Below, piece by piece: positions 1-13,644 of a stretch of DNA of 64,000 nt; positions within the stretch are counted from its first letter, which is position 1, and each line of letters begins with the position of its first letter. Source of the stretch: Scyliorhinus canicula. Taxonomy: Eukaryota. The stretch lies in assembly GCF_902713615.1 (NCBI RefSeq), contig NW_024056016.1, positions 1 through 64,000 of the forward strand, read 5' to 3'. Position numbers and translations under genes: made by a program. Below the pieces are notes generated by a model. That model did no database searches and was not told where the DNA came from. It saw only the letters and a list, made by a program, of their open reading frames with translations.

Positions 1-450
1 CACCACAGAGACTGACATGAGGAGAGCTTAAGTAGGTTAGGACTACACGCATTGGAATTTAGAAGAATGAGAGGCGAAGTTACTGAGATTTATAGTTTTC
101 AGGGCACTTGACAGTGTAGATGTTAAAGGTTGTTTCGGCTTGTGGGAGGGTCTAGGACCATAGGGCACAATCTCAGTGTAAGGTGCCACTCATTTCAGAC
201 GCGGATGTGGAGGAATTTCTTCTCTCAGAGGGTAGTGATTCTCTAGAATTCTTTGCCATAGAGAGTTGGCCTGGTCAATAAATATGTTCAAGGCTCAGAC
301 AGACAGATTTTTCATCAGTAAGGGAATCAAGGGTTATGGGGATGACGTGGAAATGTGGAGTTGAGGATTTTACCAGATTTGCCACGAACTCATTGAATGG
401 CAGATCAGATCCATGGGCCGAATGGCCAATTGTCTTCGGGCTTCCTAGAT
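1..450 (+). mobile_element. CR1-clade LINE 3' fragment (decayed)
   Basis: Degenerate ORF2 C-terminus (…LEFRRMRG… reading) followed by the usual 3' tail ATGGGCCGAATGGCC…CTT…TATGGTTATG. Confidence 0.75.
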
Positions 451-672
451 CTTATGGTTATGGCAGCTGTCGACACTTTCAATTGAATGACTTATCAATC
501 AGAAAAAAATCGACGTGTCATTTATAATACTTATGAAGCTATCGAACTTTCGCAACGCCCAGCAGGTTCAGCAACGTCCTCAGGAGAAGAAAGCTTCCTT
601 CCTTACTCTGCCTGGCCCATATGTGACTCTAGTTCAGCAATGAAGAGGTTGACTGTTAACTGTCTCTGATAA

Positions 673-870
673 GGGCGGCACGGTGGCACAGGGGTAGCAT
701 TGCTGCCTACGGCGCTGAGGACCCGGGTTTCTGAATCCCGGCCATTCTCCCGTGTCTGCGTGGTTTCACCCCCACAACCCAAAGATGTGCAGGTTAGGTG
801 GATTGGCCACGTTAAATTGCCCCTTAATTGGGAAAAATGAATTGGATATTAATTTTAATTTTTTAAAAAA
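673..870 (+). mobile_element. HE1-type tRNA-derived V-SINE, short A-tailed form
   Basis: Head GGGCGGCACGGTGGCAC, V-domain CCCAAAGATGTGCAGGTTAGGTGGATTGGCCA…AAATTGCCCC, A/T-rich tail. Confidence 0.85.
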
Positions 871-1224
871 CTATCTCCGATATTGCCGAGAAGCAAGTCT
901 GCGCAGAAAAGTCAACATGTCAATAAAATGCTCGAAGTGCACTTATTAAACAGGTGGTTCACTTGTCCATATCCGATGGAAGTTTAATGCTGACTTTGTC
1001 ACTGATGGCTATGTGGCGGGAATGAATCCAAAGCTGTGCAAAGTGCTGCAGGTTCTGGAAATCTAAAACAAAACCAACAAAAAAGGCTGCTCAGCTGGTC
1101 AGTGAGCATCAGCAGAGAGAGAACAGATTCACATTTCAGGTGGATTACTCACTAATATAATTCTAAAGAGCAGAGCTGTTTTTCCCTGTATCTTTGACCA
1201 ATGTCCGTTCTTCATCTAAATCAC

Positions 1225-1400
1225 AGATTAGCTGGTCACTTATCACATCTCAGTTTGTGGGAGCTTGCTGTGCACAAATTCCCTGCTCTGTTTCCAACAT
1301 TAGAGCAGAGACTAAATTCAGCAAAAATATATCAGTGAGTTTTAAGGGCGTTGGGGTGACCTGAGGTCGGGTAAAGCGTTTTTACAAAAGCAAGCTCTTT
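1225..1400 (+). mobile_element. Old SINE 3' remnant (DeuSINE/SacSINE1-like)
   Basis: TTTGTGGGAGCTTGCTGTGCACAAATT…CTGAGGTCG…AAGCG…CAAG resembles my recollection of the DeuSINE 3' region; not database-checked. Confidence 0.45.
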
Positions 1401-2489
1401 CCAATGTTAACATTTTTAAATGCAAGTTGTAATATTTCGCAAGATCTGAGATTGATGTGACTACAGATCAATCCTCTGCCTGATGTTTCAATTTATTTAC
1501 TTTAAATCGGTTAATATTTCAGTCAATTTAACATTCAGTGGAAAAGTAGCTGGTTAAGATGCTTTATTAATTGAGGTATCAGAACTTTCAGAATGAATAC
1601 TTAATTTAAAGTATGTTTTATTTCAATAAGTAACATCTGTTCTATTCATTTAACCAACTGTCAATATTCTTAAAATAAACCGCTATTTTCAGTTGAAACT
1701 AATCAATAAGTGAATGTGTTTATCTCGTTTGCTGACATGAACATTTCATTGTGACCAGTGAGGTTTTTATGTAAATAACTCAGAAATAGAAGTTCCAGAT
1801 TAGATTGCGGACTGAGAAAAGCAAACAAATGTTTCCCCACAACACAGCACAGAAATAGAGCCAAAATTGCAATAGATCAACGGATTCGTTTGTTTTTTGA
1901 AAAACGTTTGTTTTTCAACATTTTTTATTCATCGGTTATATGAGAAAAATGTCATTATGCTACCCATGTTCATAATTAGGAAAGATTCCCTCCAATCTCT
2001 AAATATAAGGACATGCCAAGTGGGTTAGTAGAATTTTCCTGTATCCTATCTCTCTCTCTGCCTTTCTCATAACTGGTTTATCGCATGTCTCTCCACGAAG
2101 GGTCATTGTCTTTAATCGATATGTGGCCAACACTAATAACAATTTTACTGTGAAAAGCTCCGAGTCGCCACATTCCGGCGCCTCGTTTAGGTAAGCTGGA
2201 ACGGGAATATGAACCTGCGCTGCTGGTCTTGTTCTGCATCACTTACCAGCTGTCTAGCCCACTGAGCTAAACCAGGCCTCTCAGCCCGAACTCACCCCGT
2301 TGGCTTCCAACTAAATGGATCGAATCTGATTTACGCTAAAATTAGGTTGAAGCATTCAATGACCTTGGAGTGTTTAATGAGAACTGTAGAGACAATTTTC
2401 CTCTATATCTGATTTGGGATGCACATGGTGGTTGAGGATTTGATGTGGCATGGCCGAAGAATCTTTCCTTGCACTTAATCAAGCTGCCA

Positions 2490-2915
2490 GGATATTGGAG
2501 CATTTGACTGAACAGTGTAGAGCAAGCTTTACTTGCATGTAACCTGCACTGAACCTGCCTGTGAGTTTTTGACATGACTGTGCACAGGGAGATTTACTCC
2601 GTGTCTGAACTGTGCTGCACCTGACCTGGGTGAGTTTGATGGGGAAATGCAGAGGTTTCTTTACCCAGTAACTAACCCCACTGTCAACCTGTCTTGGGGA
2701 TCTCTGAAGGAAGAGTGCAGAAGAGGTTTGCGTGGTATCGAACTCTTGGTTTCAGGCAGTTAATGTGTTTGAGCGAGTTATTTAGAGGGAATTTAATTCT
2801 ATATCTAAACAGTCTGCAGCTGCTCTGAGAATGTTTGATGGGGACAGTGTGAGGGAATTTCTCTTTGTCACCAACCTGTGATGCACCTGTCCTGCGAGTG
2901 TTTGAAGGGACAGTC
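2490..2915. repeat. Degenerate ~68-bp tandem repeat, about 6 copies
   Basis: Recurring GACAGTG…AGGGA…TTTACT…CTAAC…TGCTG(C/T)ACCTG…TGGG(A/T)G(T/A)GTTTGA(T/A)GGG. Confidence 0.6.
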
Positions 2916-3689
2916 GTCGCTGGCTCTGTGTTGTACCAGGCCGTGAGTCCGTCTCTGTGTATATTATACTACCTTGTACCTGTTTCAGTTTATATTAAAT
3001 AAGGTTCTATTTCTCTTTGTTCATATTAAACTAGGCCACCAATTAGAGGACATGTCTTGATCAATAAGGCGTTCAGGAGTTATTGGGAGAAGGCAGGAGA
3101 ATGGAGATTAGGAACATATTGGCCATGATTTAATGGCGGAGCAGTCACGATGGGTCGAATGGCCTAATTCTGCTCCTGTATGTTATGGAGTTATGGACCC
3201 AGTTTGTCTCTCTTTACATTAACCTAGAACCTGACTCTGTTTCTATTAATTTAAACCTGTCTCTGTATTACATTAGATACAGCCTCAGTTCTGCCCTGGA
3301 CCATATCTCTGTTCATATTACATTGGACCCGACCTCAGTAATTGCTGCGGTCGACCATGCACAATAATTTGGAAAGTAGCTGAGCTGGAAATGGTGAAGA
3401 TTTTTAAAAAACTGAGGGAAAAGTGATAGTCTAAAACTCTTCAGCAAGCAATGCTGATCAATGTCCAGATAAACGACATAGTCTGTCTTGTCAGCGCCCT
3501 AGACGCACCTCCAGACAAGCGCAGATCTCCCTGATCTTCTTGCAGCCACTTCAACTTGTACAACTGAACTTCTATTGCCTGGGCCTAGTGCAATAAACTA
3601 AGGGAATGGAATAGTTGTAATTGTGTAACATAAACAAAGGACCATGAGATAAATAACTGAGACAGAAGCTAATGTTACAGCAACATTCA

Positions 3690-3885
3690 TTCTCTTCACA
3701 GCAGGCACACAGTAGCTGCATTGTGTAACATCGACGGGATGCACTGCAGCAACTCGCCAAGATTTCTTCAACAGCATCTTCCATACCCGAGACCTCCGAG
3801 AATCACAAGGGCAACAAGGACATGGGAACACAATACTCTGCATCCTCCTACACATCGAACTCTCTGGGGTAGGGATTGGTCTTGG
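3690..3885 (+). mobile_element. CR1/L2-like LINE 3' fragment
   Basis: GATGCACTGCAGCAACTCGCCAAG…CAGCATCTTCCA…CATGGGAACAC; same family as the fragments at 5050-6395 and 9520-10390 but opposite strand. Confidence 0.6.
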
Positions 3886-4158
3886 GCACTGGCAAAGAAG
3901 AAGTGATGTCTGAAATCTAATTCTGCTGACTGCACTGAAAATGAATATCAAATGCTGCATAGCATACACTGTACACACTGGACACCCGTTGCAGGTTATT
4001 GCCATATACTGATTTCTTGTCCAAAATATGTATCATATTATCTTTCCATCTCAAAGACATGTGGAATAATGCGCCCACAGTTAAAAGCAGAGGCATCATC
4101 CAGTGGATTAATAAAAGTGAGCAGGTCTCGGAAAAAGTAGGCAGATTCAGGATCAAAT

Positions 4159-4458
4159 ATAGAATCCCTACAAGGCAGAAGGCCGCTCGGCCCATAGGAT
4201 CTGCACCAACCTCTGAAATATAACCCTCCTCAATCCCCCGCCCTTGCACCAGGACCTGTGCATCCTTGGACACCGAGGGGCAATTTCGAATGGCCAATCC
4301 ACCTAACCTGCACATATTTGGACTATGGGAGGAAACCGGAGCACACGGAGGAAAGCCACGCAGACACAGGGGAAGAGTAAAAACTCCACACAGATAGTCA
4401 GGAATTGAACCCCGGCGCTATGAGGCAGCAGTGCTACCCACTGTGCCACCATGCCGCC
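4159..4458 (-). mobile_element. HE1-type SINE
   Basis: Reverse complement of head (GGCGGCATGGTGGCACAGTGG) and V-domain (GGCCAATCCACCTAACCTGCACAT on +). Confidence 0.85.
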
Positions 4459-5049
4459 GATGGCATAAGCAGAGATTGGGTCTAGTGCAATATAATCTGA
4501 GTTCTGGTTGAGGGGAGTGTGGTCTGATACAAATTGAGACATGATCAATGCAGCAATAAGAGGGATATCGTAAAATACCAGAATAACAGAGGCAGGGTCT
4601 AGTATTATATAAACAGGGGTATGGACATGTGCAGCATTAACTAAAGCAGGAATGAGTTTATTGGAATTTAACTATCTAGTCGAGTAATAACTGAGACCGA
4701 ACAACTTGTGATGCAAACAGAATGTTGTTCCAGTTACGATGCACAGATAAACGTTCTGATGCTGTAACCATTGTGACGTGTTTCTTGCCAGACTAACCAA
4801 GACATGGGTCAGTGCGTCATAATTAAGGATTTGTTATATAAACTGGGTGTGAGCCGCGTAGATTAACAACTGATATTCAACCGAGTGCAGGAAAACTGAG
4901 GCAGGACCTGCTGTAATGTGTTCGAGTCATGGCCGAGTGTAATGTAAACAGAGGCGGGGGCTAGGTGAATGTAAGCAGAGAAATGATATGTTTGAAATGA
5001 TTTAATGGGATCTTGGAGTCGCCAGTAACGTCAATATTTGCTGTCAATT

Positions 5050-6395
5050 CCACATTTCCCTTGAGAATGTGGTGCTGAACCCGCTTTATGAACCATTGCA
5101 CTCCATACTGAGTATGTACACCCACAGAGCTGACAGGAAGGGAGTTCCAGGATTTTGACCAGTGACAGTGAAGGAACAGAGACATAGTTCCCATCAAGGT
5201 GGTGTGAGGCCTGGTGGGTAACTTGCAGGTCCTGCTGTTACAGTGCATCTGCCGGGCCTGGTCCTTTTAGGCGGCTGAGTTCCTGTGTTAGAAGGTGCTA
5301 CAGGAGGAGGCAGTTGCTGCATTAGATCCTTGTGCGTCGTTGAAGCTACTAGAATTGTGCACCCGTGATGCAGGGAGAGAATGTTGAAGTTGGTGGATGG
5401 GGTGTTCGTCGAGCCGGCTGTTCTGCCCTGGATGGCGTCGAGATCTCACGTGTTGCTTGAGGGGCTCACGTGAGACCAATGGAGAATATTCAGTCAAACC
5501 CCTGACTTCTGCCGTATAGATGATGGATCGGGGTTGGGAAGTCACGAGGTGAGTTAGTCACCGCAGAATTTCCAGCCACTGACCTGCTCCTGTAGCCACA
5601 TTTTTAAAATGTAAAGTTTTTGAGCAATGATAATCCCTAGGGTATTGATAGTGGGGGATTCAATCACGGTGGTATAATTTTAAATCTACGAGAGACGGTT
5701 AGAAGCTTTTTGGGATGGTCATTGCCTGACACTTGCCAGCCCAAGCCTGAATGTTGTCCAAGTCTTGCTGCACTTGAAGACAGACTTCTTCAGTATTTGA
5801 GGAGTCGAATATGGTGCAGAACAATGGATAATCACCTGCTAACATCCTCACTTCTGACCTTACGATGAAGGGCGAAGCTTGGGCCGGGGACATTTCCGAG
5901 GACACTATACGTTACTGGATGATCCTTCACACTTTTTATAAAGTTGCTGATGATCAAATGCGCAGTGATAGGGACATAATTGGCTGGGTTGTGAACGGGT
6001 CATGTTTGGTAATGTAGCACATTGTTGGGTACATGCCAGTGCTGTATCTGCACTGGAGCAAGTTGCCTGGGGTGCAGCCAGTTCTGGATCACAAACCTTC
6101 AGTATTGTTGCTATAATGTTGCCAGGGCTAATAATGTTTGTAGCGCTGTCAGTCGTTTCTTGATACCGTGTGCAGGAATCAAATGACATCCACGATGATG
6201 CAGACCACCGGAGCAGGCCGAGATGGATCATCCTCTCGGCACCTCTGGCAGAAACTTTCAGTCTTGTTTTTTGCACTGACGTGCTGGCTCCACCGTCATT
6301 GAGGAGGGGGATTTTATTGAGGCTCCTGCTCCGGTTATTTGCTTAATTATTCATTACTATTCAGGACTGGATGTGGGTGAACTGCAAAGGTAGAT
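5050..6395 (-). mobile_element. CR1/L2-like LINE ORF2 3' portion, decayed
   Basis: Minus-strand peptides …SIIYTAEVRGLTEYSPL… and …QVQQDLDNIQAWAGKCQ… are post-RT motifs of CR1-like ORF2; frameshifted. Confidence 0.75.
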
Positions 6396-7733
6396 CCTAT
6401 CCATTGAAAATAGGATCACGGTGATTGTAAATATTGACATGTACCAGTGCAGTATTAATTGAAACAGAGTGTCGTGTAATGTAAACAGAGGCAGAGTCTA
6501 GTCTAACAAAAATACAGATGGAGCCCAAATTAAAATTAACAGAGATGGAGATTAGTGCCGTAATTATTGGGGCAATGTCTGCTTCATGTAATGGCAAGTA
6601 TCTCAATTTATATTCCATCTGCTGGCCAAATTTTGCAATTGCAGTTACTGTGAAAATGTTGCTGTCAGGTATGATCCATGATGTTGATGGATCAATAATT
6701 CATTTCCACAAATGTAATATCACATCGCCTTCTGCGGAGCTGCTATAATCTAAGGTTTAACTCATTGCAGGTGTTGGTGGCTAATTCTTGCGCAGTGAGG
6801 TCAGTGCCAGAGCAAAGATGCTCAATCCCTGGCCGCACGTTTTTGTTCATGTTTGTTAAATGGAGGAGTGTTTCCTGGGCCCTGTATGGAGTCCATAGGA
6901 AATTTAACATTCACCTTAACGTACATGATGTTGGGGCGAATTTGTTGGTTCATTATACCAGCTGAAAGACGGTTGGGGTCATTGTCTCCAAAGCCTCCAA
7001 GGAAGTTAAGATGGGATCTTAAATTGAAAGGGGAAATGTGGGTGTGCATGTAAGGCAGAGAGAATGCTTGTGGGAGAGACTGTGTGTGTGTGTGTTTCGC
7101 TGTGTGTGTGTGTGAAAGCGAATTTTTGCGTCTCTTTGTGTGAAGCACATCATGTTGTGTACAACTGAATTTCACTGAAGTCACAGGCATCCTTCTATTT
7201 CTAACAGATACACAACAAATATCCACTGATTTTGACACAAGTGTTGCAGATGAAGCTCCCAATTGTCGTTCTGCGTTTTCATAATCTCGGTTTGTGTCGA
7301 TTTCAAAGCTGCTAAATCCACTGGTCCTGGTGGCTCACACCGGCCCACCGGAAGTGTCGTCATTTTTTCAGTTTGCTGCTGGTGACACCCAATTTTAAGG
7401 TTTAGGGACATTATGTCAAACTCAGAAGAAACCTTGAAGTGGAATATCTGGCTTCCCACTGGTTGCGTGGCTCCGGCTGCTTCGCGAAGTGGAATTTCCT
7501 TGGTCATGTGACCATCTTCCATTGAGGGACCACACGATAACCGTGCAAACCACCACTTTCTGATTGTTTTGAAGGGACTTGGAAGCTCTGTCTTTGAGAG
7601 CAATGCCGCATTTCTGATTTAGTCCCGCCAGTAAATATCCATAATGCACTGTGGACAACAAAGATGACATTTTTTGAGCTATTTTTCTTGACAGCTGCAA
7701 GTGTTCCTTGTTTCACAGACACACAACAAGATT

Positions 7734-8078
7734 CATAGAATCATAGAATTTACAGTGCAAAAGGAGGCTATTCGGCCCATCAAGTCCCTTGGAGAGAGCA
7801 TCCTACCTAACCCGTATCTCCACCCTATCCCCACATCTCCACCCTATCTCCGTAACCCCATCTGACCTTTTTTGGATACTAATAGCCATTTAGCATAGCC
7901 AATCCACCTGTCCAGCACATCTTTGGACTGTGGTAGGAAACCGGAGCAGCTGGAGGAACCCACGCAGATACGGGGAGAATATGCAGACTCCGCACAACAG
8001 TGACCCAATGTGGAAATCGAACCGGGGACCCTGAAGCTGTGAAGCAACTGTGCTAACCATTGTACGACCTTGTTGACC
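7734..8078 (-). mobile_element. HE1-type SINE, long form with LINE-derived tail
   Basis: Tail (CATAGAAT)2 on +, V-domain and head in reverse complement. Confidence 0.85.
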
Positions 8079-8524
8079 TAAGGTTCTGAGAGTTTAGGCC
8101 TTATAAACCATCAGCTCGTTCTAAAGCTTGATGTTATTCCATGGACATTTTTCTGAGTCAAACAAAGGTAGTACCTGCTTTCCCCATGTCAGCATCAAGT
8201 TCTACATCAAGGCAGTCTCTCAACATTAAAACTCGGGAGCAGAATCTGCTCACTGGCTCTTAATTAGTGTGGCCATTGACGAAAGTGCAACACCTTGTCC
8301 CAAGACCACTGTTTTCCTCATGCTTGTGGTCAGAGTCCATGAGTCTCTGCAGATGATGCTTTGTTTGGATGATCGAATTTTCAACGTAGAGGAATTCTCT
8401 GATGAGCATGTATTGTGATTATGGCTCAGTTTTCATGACTGAGAGGTTGTAGAGGTTGCAGCCTGACCGAGTGTGCTAGTGGATTTCATCCTTATCTTCA
8501 GGGAAGGCGAGATCAGCAGCTTAG

Positions 8525-8888
8525 ATCATAGAATTTACAGATCATAGAATTTACAGTGCAGAAGGAGGCCATTCAGTCCATCGAGTCTGCACCGGCTCTT
8601 GGAAAGAGCACCCTAACCAAGGTCAACACCTCCACCCTATCCCCATATCCCAGTAACCCCACCCGACACTAAGGGCAATTTTGGACACTAAGGGTAATTT
8701 ATCATGGCCAATCCACCTAACCTGCACATCTTTGGACTGTGGGAGGAAACCGGAGCACCCGGAGGAAACCCACGCACACACAGGGAGGATGTGCAGACTC
8801 CGCACAGACAGTGACCTAAGCCGGAATCGAACCTGGGACCCTAGAGCTGTGAAGCGATTGTGCTATCCACAATGCTACCGTGCTGCCC
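8525..8888 (-). mobile_element. HE1-type SINE, long form, young
   Basis: Near-consensus copy; tail ATCATAGAATTTACAG duplicated; ends GTGCTGCCC on +. Confidence 0.9.
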
Positions 8889-9519
8889 TAGACCTTGAAG
8901 AGGAAGGTCCCGAATAGAGTTGGGTCAATGACACAGTCCTCTTTCACTCAACTATTCACTTAGAATCTGTCGGAAGCGGAATCATCAATCTGTGCAATAC
9001 AGTGCATTCTGGCATGGAAGAAGTGAATGAGACAGGGGAGATTTAGCAGACAGCCAATTATCCACAAATCTTATAGTCCCTCCTCTGCTGATGGTGTTGA
9101 ATGTTTATTTTGATTGATGTAAGTAAGGTGAAGAGGCAGAGGGAGCAGATCATGTCCAGAGTAAATCTTGCGACACAAACACCACACCTTGCTTCCAGCT
9201 ATATTCGGTCTGCAAGCAGATGAAGTGTTTAAAGTGTGAAGCTAGCAATGGCCTTTCCAGTGCTGCTATGAATGAGATATGTCAATAGTTGCTGCAGTTT
9301 CCTCTGTCCACTTTGTTTTCAGATATTGGTTATGATTTTGCTTCATGAATCTCCTGTGGGATGGCTTATATCTTCCAGCAGATAAGAAGGTCACAAATGT
9401 TCAGAAACATAGTAATTATATTCATCAATCTTCATTCAATTATGAATATAAATAATTAAATTCACCAATTATGTAGTTTCACAAAAATTGGTACAGTTTT
9501 AAATTAAGTTATATGGTGC

Positions 9520-10390
9520 GGGTGTCGCTAGCTAGGCCATGATTTATTGTCCATCACTAATTGTCTTTCACAAAGTGGTGGTGCCCTACCTATTTAAACC
9601 TCCGCAGTCACTCTGGTATCGGTACATCGACGGTGCTGTTAGGGAGGGAGTTCTAGTCGTTTGAACTAGCGACAGCGAAAATTATGCGATATATTTCCAA
9701 GTCAGGATAGTGAGTGAGTTGGAGGGGAATTTCCAGGTGGTGACCTTCCCATGTGTCAGCTGCCTTTTCCTTCTAGAAGGTAATGTGCCACGGTTGAGAA
9801 GGCTTTTTAAATGAGACTTGATGGGTTTCTGCGGTGCATCTTGTGGATGGTAAATTATTGTCATTGTTCATCGGTGGTGGATAGAACCTTGCCTCCCACA
9901 TCTCCTCTAAACTTTGCCCCACGGACCTTAAACCTATGCTCCCTGGTGACAGACCTCTCCACGCTGGAAATGCGTTCCTGCCCATCCATTCTATCCATGT
10001 CCCTCATAAGAGTGTTTGCACATAGGATGACAATCAAACGGGCTGCTTTGGCCTGGATGGTGTCAAGCTTTTTCAATGTTGTTGCAGCTGCACCCAGCCA
10101 GGCAACTGGAGAGTATTCAATTACACTCCTGACTTGTGCCTTGTAGATGGTGAACAGGCTTTGGGAGTCAGGAGGTGAGTTGCTCGCCACAGGCTTCTTA
10201 GACCCTGACCAGATAATGTCGCCTCAGCATTTATATGGTCATTCCAGGACAGCTTCTGGTCAATGGTAACCCCAGGGTATTGATAATGGAGTATTCAGCG
10301 ATAGCAATATCACTGAATGTTAGGGAGAGTTTGTTAGATTCTATTTTGCTGAAGATGGTCATTGTTTAGGACTTCCGTGGCGAATGTTAC
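9520..10390 (-). mobile_element. CR1/L2-like LINE 3' portion with a second CR1 fragment nested inside
   Basis: ORF 9861-10190 reads SLFTIYKAQVRSVIEYSPVAW…TLKKLDTIQAKAARLI, then switches to another CR1 C-terminal segment (DRMDG…HRFKVRGAKFRGDVGGK). Confidence 0.75.
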
Positions 10391-11422
10391 CAATTATCAC
10401 AACTCACAAAGTTAAATAATTATATTAATCAATTATGATCAACTCACAACATGCATAGTTGCATTCACCAATTATTTTCTGCATTTGGTTTTACAAAATG
10501 TAAATGCAATTCATTTAAGGGAGGTGGATTTGAGACCAGGAAGAGATCAGCCATTATGATTGAATGGTGGAGCAGGCTGGAAGGGCTGAATTTCCGACTT
10601 CTGCTCCTAATTCCTATGTTCCTATAATTTATTGAGATTAAACTTCATTGAGATAGCATTGACCGTTCTGTTAGTAAGAAGTAACATCTACATCAGGATT
10701 CAATGTGAAATGGAATTAAACCGCACCGAGGATAATGTGCAGCTACCCAGCAGCCTCTGCGCTGTATTGGTCAGTAATCACCTCATCGTCAAACAGAATC
10801 GCCGGACTGGAGTGTGAGATAATTTTTGAAGTGTCGGTAAAAATTAAAATACCTGTACCTTATGTGACGTTAATGAATCCTTAAATCCCGATTTGTTATT
10901 ACACTGTTTTGGAAAGTAATTCAACGTCTGCAGCTGTCCACTGAGTTTTACAGGATTTCTGTTTTCAGTCTGGTGTCTTCATTAATTTGGGTAGGGACAT
11001 CTGGAGTGAATTATTGTACATGAAATGACCACATGCACACAATATTCCACCCGTCCATCCCCACTGTAATAACGTTCCCGCTTTCTGTCTTTGAGATGAA
11101 GATTCACCATCAGCGGAGAAGAATCACCAGGACCGCAGGAATATCTCCAGTTTCCTCTTAGTGATGTCCAGCTCGTCAGTTCCCGATAGTCTGGGGATGG
11201 AACTCACCCAGAAAAGCTGGAACCACCGAATTTATTAGACTGACACAAATTATGAAGGACCTGCTTTAATTTATCAAGCGCAAAATTAAGAATGTAGAAC
11301 AACATCTTTCAGACCATCTATCCATGCATCCATCAACCACATTCATTACTTCCTTAATAAAAAATATTCAGGCAGACAACGAACATCCATCCCTACATAA
11401 ACATAGTCATCCCTTTATCTTT

Positions 11423-11778
11423 GGGCATGTGGTGGTGTAGTATTCATGTTATTGTACCAGTAATCCAAAGGCCCAGGCTAATTCTGTGGGGACTCAGGTA
11501 CAAATCCCATCATGGCCGGTGGTGGAGTTTGAATTCAATTAATAAATCTGGAATACATACTAATGGTGACCATGGAATCCCCTCTGCATCATCAATGAAG
11601 GGAATCTGACATCCCTCCCTGGTCTCACCTACATGTGGCTCCAGTCAGACAGCAACATGTCTGAATCTTCAGTTCCTTCTGAGCTGGCCCACTCAGTTCA
11701 ACAGCAATTAGGGACAGGGATCACATGGTGGGCTTGCCAGTGAGTCCCACATTCCATGGAAGAATAAAGGGAAAAAAA
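11423..11778 (+). mobile_element. Second tRNA-derived SINE family
   Basis: Head GGTGGTGTAGT…AGTAATCCA…GGCCCAGG…CAAATCCCA; homologous copies at 57876-58245 (+) and 61065-61700 (-). Confidence 0.65.
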
Positions 11779-13454
11779 CATAAATGCACATGTTTATCTA
11801 TTACAAAATGTATCCCGTCTGATTGTCTGAATGTATTTCTATCCATCATCACAATGTTATGAGGTGTGGGAGAGATCCTCCAGCCGGTTAGTGTTGTTAA
11901 GAGAGGCTAGAAAATCTGGATAACTCTCCTTTCCTTAGAGATGGGAACAGTTCAAATAAGTTCGCAATTTAAAACATAAAAAGATCTCCAGTACTGTTGC
12001 TGGGTAGATTTGTTTATAAATAGTCCTCATTGACAATGTTAAGAGTTTGAAGTTGGCTTGCAGCCAAGCAGTCAGTACTGAGCCAACAGATCTCTGAAAA
12101 ACAATCCAGATGCTTCCTGTAAACAACATTGAACATTCGAGCCTCCCTGACTGCAGGCGGCTGGATTGCTGCCAAATACTGTGTGGGGCAGATTAGCCTG
12201 AATATGAATGGATTAAATGGGATTTATCCATTCAAACAATAAATGTTTCAGTCTCACATGAACTAAACGTTTTAAATGGTGATCCATGCAAAGAAATATA
12301 TTCACTGAATGTTTTGTTCACTCTGAGATTAAACATGATCGGAAAATAGTAATCTGACCAGATGCTATTTAATTTATATTAGTTCTGAGTAAAGGTCACT
12401 CTAGCTATTAAAGTCCGTTTGTTAAGAACCGAATGAAGTGAGAGTGAGTGCTGTTGATGGACCTAATCCATAAGTTCAATAAGATGACTCCAATTACAAA
12501 AAATAAAATAAAATAAATTAAAAGTAAATAAACTGCATTGAACTCGCGGGGAATCCAGGAATATTCTCCGAGTTGTTGATCTCCGTTAAACGGAGGCGTC
12601 TCTTATACCCGATTAACACCGTGTTCTGTGCAGTTTAATTTGTCTGGATTTCAATAATTTAACAGTCCCTCTTATTGCTGCCAACGAGTGGAGAAATGAC
12701 CAGTTCATGGCCTGCTTTAGTGGAGAATAAAACATTTATTCTTCTGATATTGCTTAATCTGCCGCAAAGTCCTGATGTCCTGTGTTCCCAACACCAGTGA
12801 ATGTTAGACAGCCGGTGGTCAGTAAAATTAGCGGCAATGATTTGGATGCTGAAGGATAACTTTGCTGATCGCCGCGTCCGTTTTGATTCATTAACTTCTC
12901 TGTCAAAAGCTGGAATGAATTTTATGTTTCTCTGTCAACTCACTGCTGAATTATCAGGCAAGCGGCTTCTTTACCGTTAATGTTCACCGGACTGTCTGAG
13001 GCTCAGGGGCAGTTCGAAAAATACCAGGAGAAACATGGTGTAATGTGAGGAGTTCCTACTTATCTACAGACCCACATTGTACAGTGATCGCCATCCGCAC
13101 TGGAAATTGAATCACTTTGTTCATCCCCGCATTTAGTTACATTTCCTCTGATAAATGATACTTTATTGCTCTAATGGGATAGAGACCGAGAGTGTTGCAA
13201 ATCAGACTGACAGACGATTTATTCCCTGACAATATAATTTAAACTGTTTAGGTTCAGCCCCTGATATTGGAGTGTCGAAATAAAGAGACTGAATTTACAA
13301 TGGATTAGGTTTTTATTACCAGGTGGGCAAATGTAATTTCGCCATTAGGATTAGGAGAGACATTACAAATAATCCATTCAGACAAACAAATATCCCGATA
13401 CAGATAAATGTTTATTTTAATAATAACCTATAGTAAATCTCTGTGTCCATTCTG

Positions 13455-13560
13455 TTGGGGGTGTGGAAGGTGGGACGTGGATCCAGTCGCCGCCTCCACC
13501 AGGGAATCAACAGCGGCGCCTGGAAAGCCGCCCCCTTCTGCCGGGTATTTAAATGCCGCT
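13455..13560 (+). promoter_or_regulatory. Probable VH promoter (GC-rich, TATA-like)
   Basis: TATTTAAA at 13546-13553, about 90 bp before the leader ATG; GC-box-like GCCGCCCC just upstream; no ATGCAAAT/ATTTGCAT seen in 13200-13640. Confidence 0.55.
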
Positions 13561-13644
13561 CACTGGGACCCGAATCCAACAGTCCGGGAGCTGGTTTGTT
13601 CACTGAGTTCCTGACACAACCATTTCCCCCAAATGACCAGAAGG

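Noticed and set aside
7250-7700. CpG-containing block with an ETS motif (CCGGAAGTG), possibly a promoter or transposon remnant
   Set aside because: No TIRs, coding signal or second supporting motif that I could verify.
11095-11200. V-like peptide snippets (RFTISG…, DVQLVS…) upstream of the cluster
   Set aside because: They are in the wrong order for a V domain, lack Cys/Trp landmarks and an RSS, and contain a stop; treated as chance.
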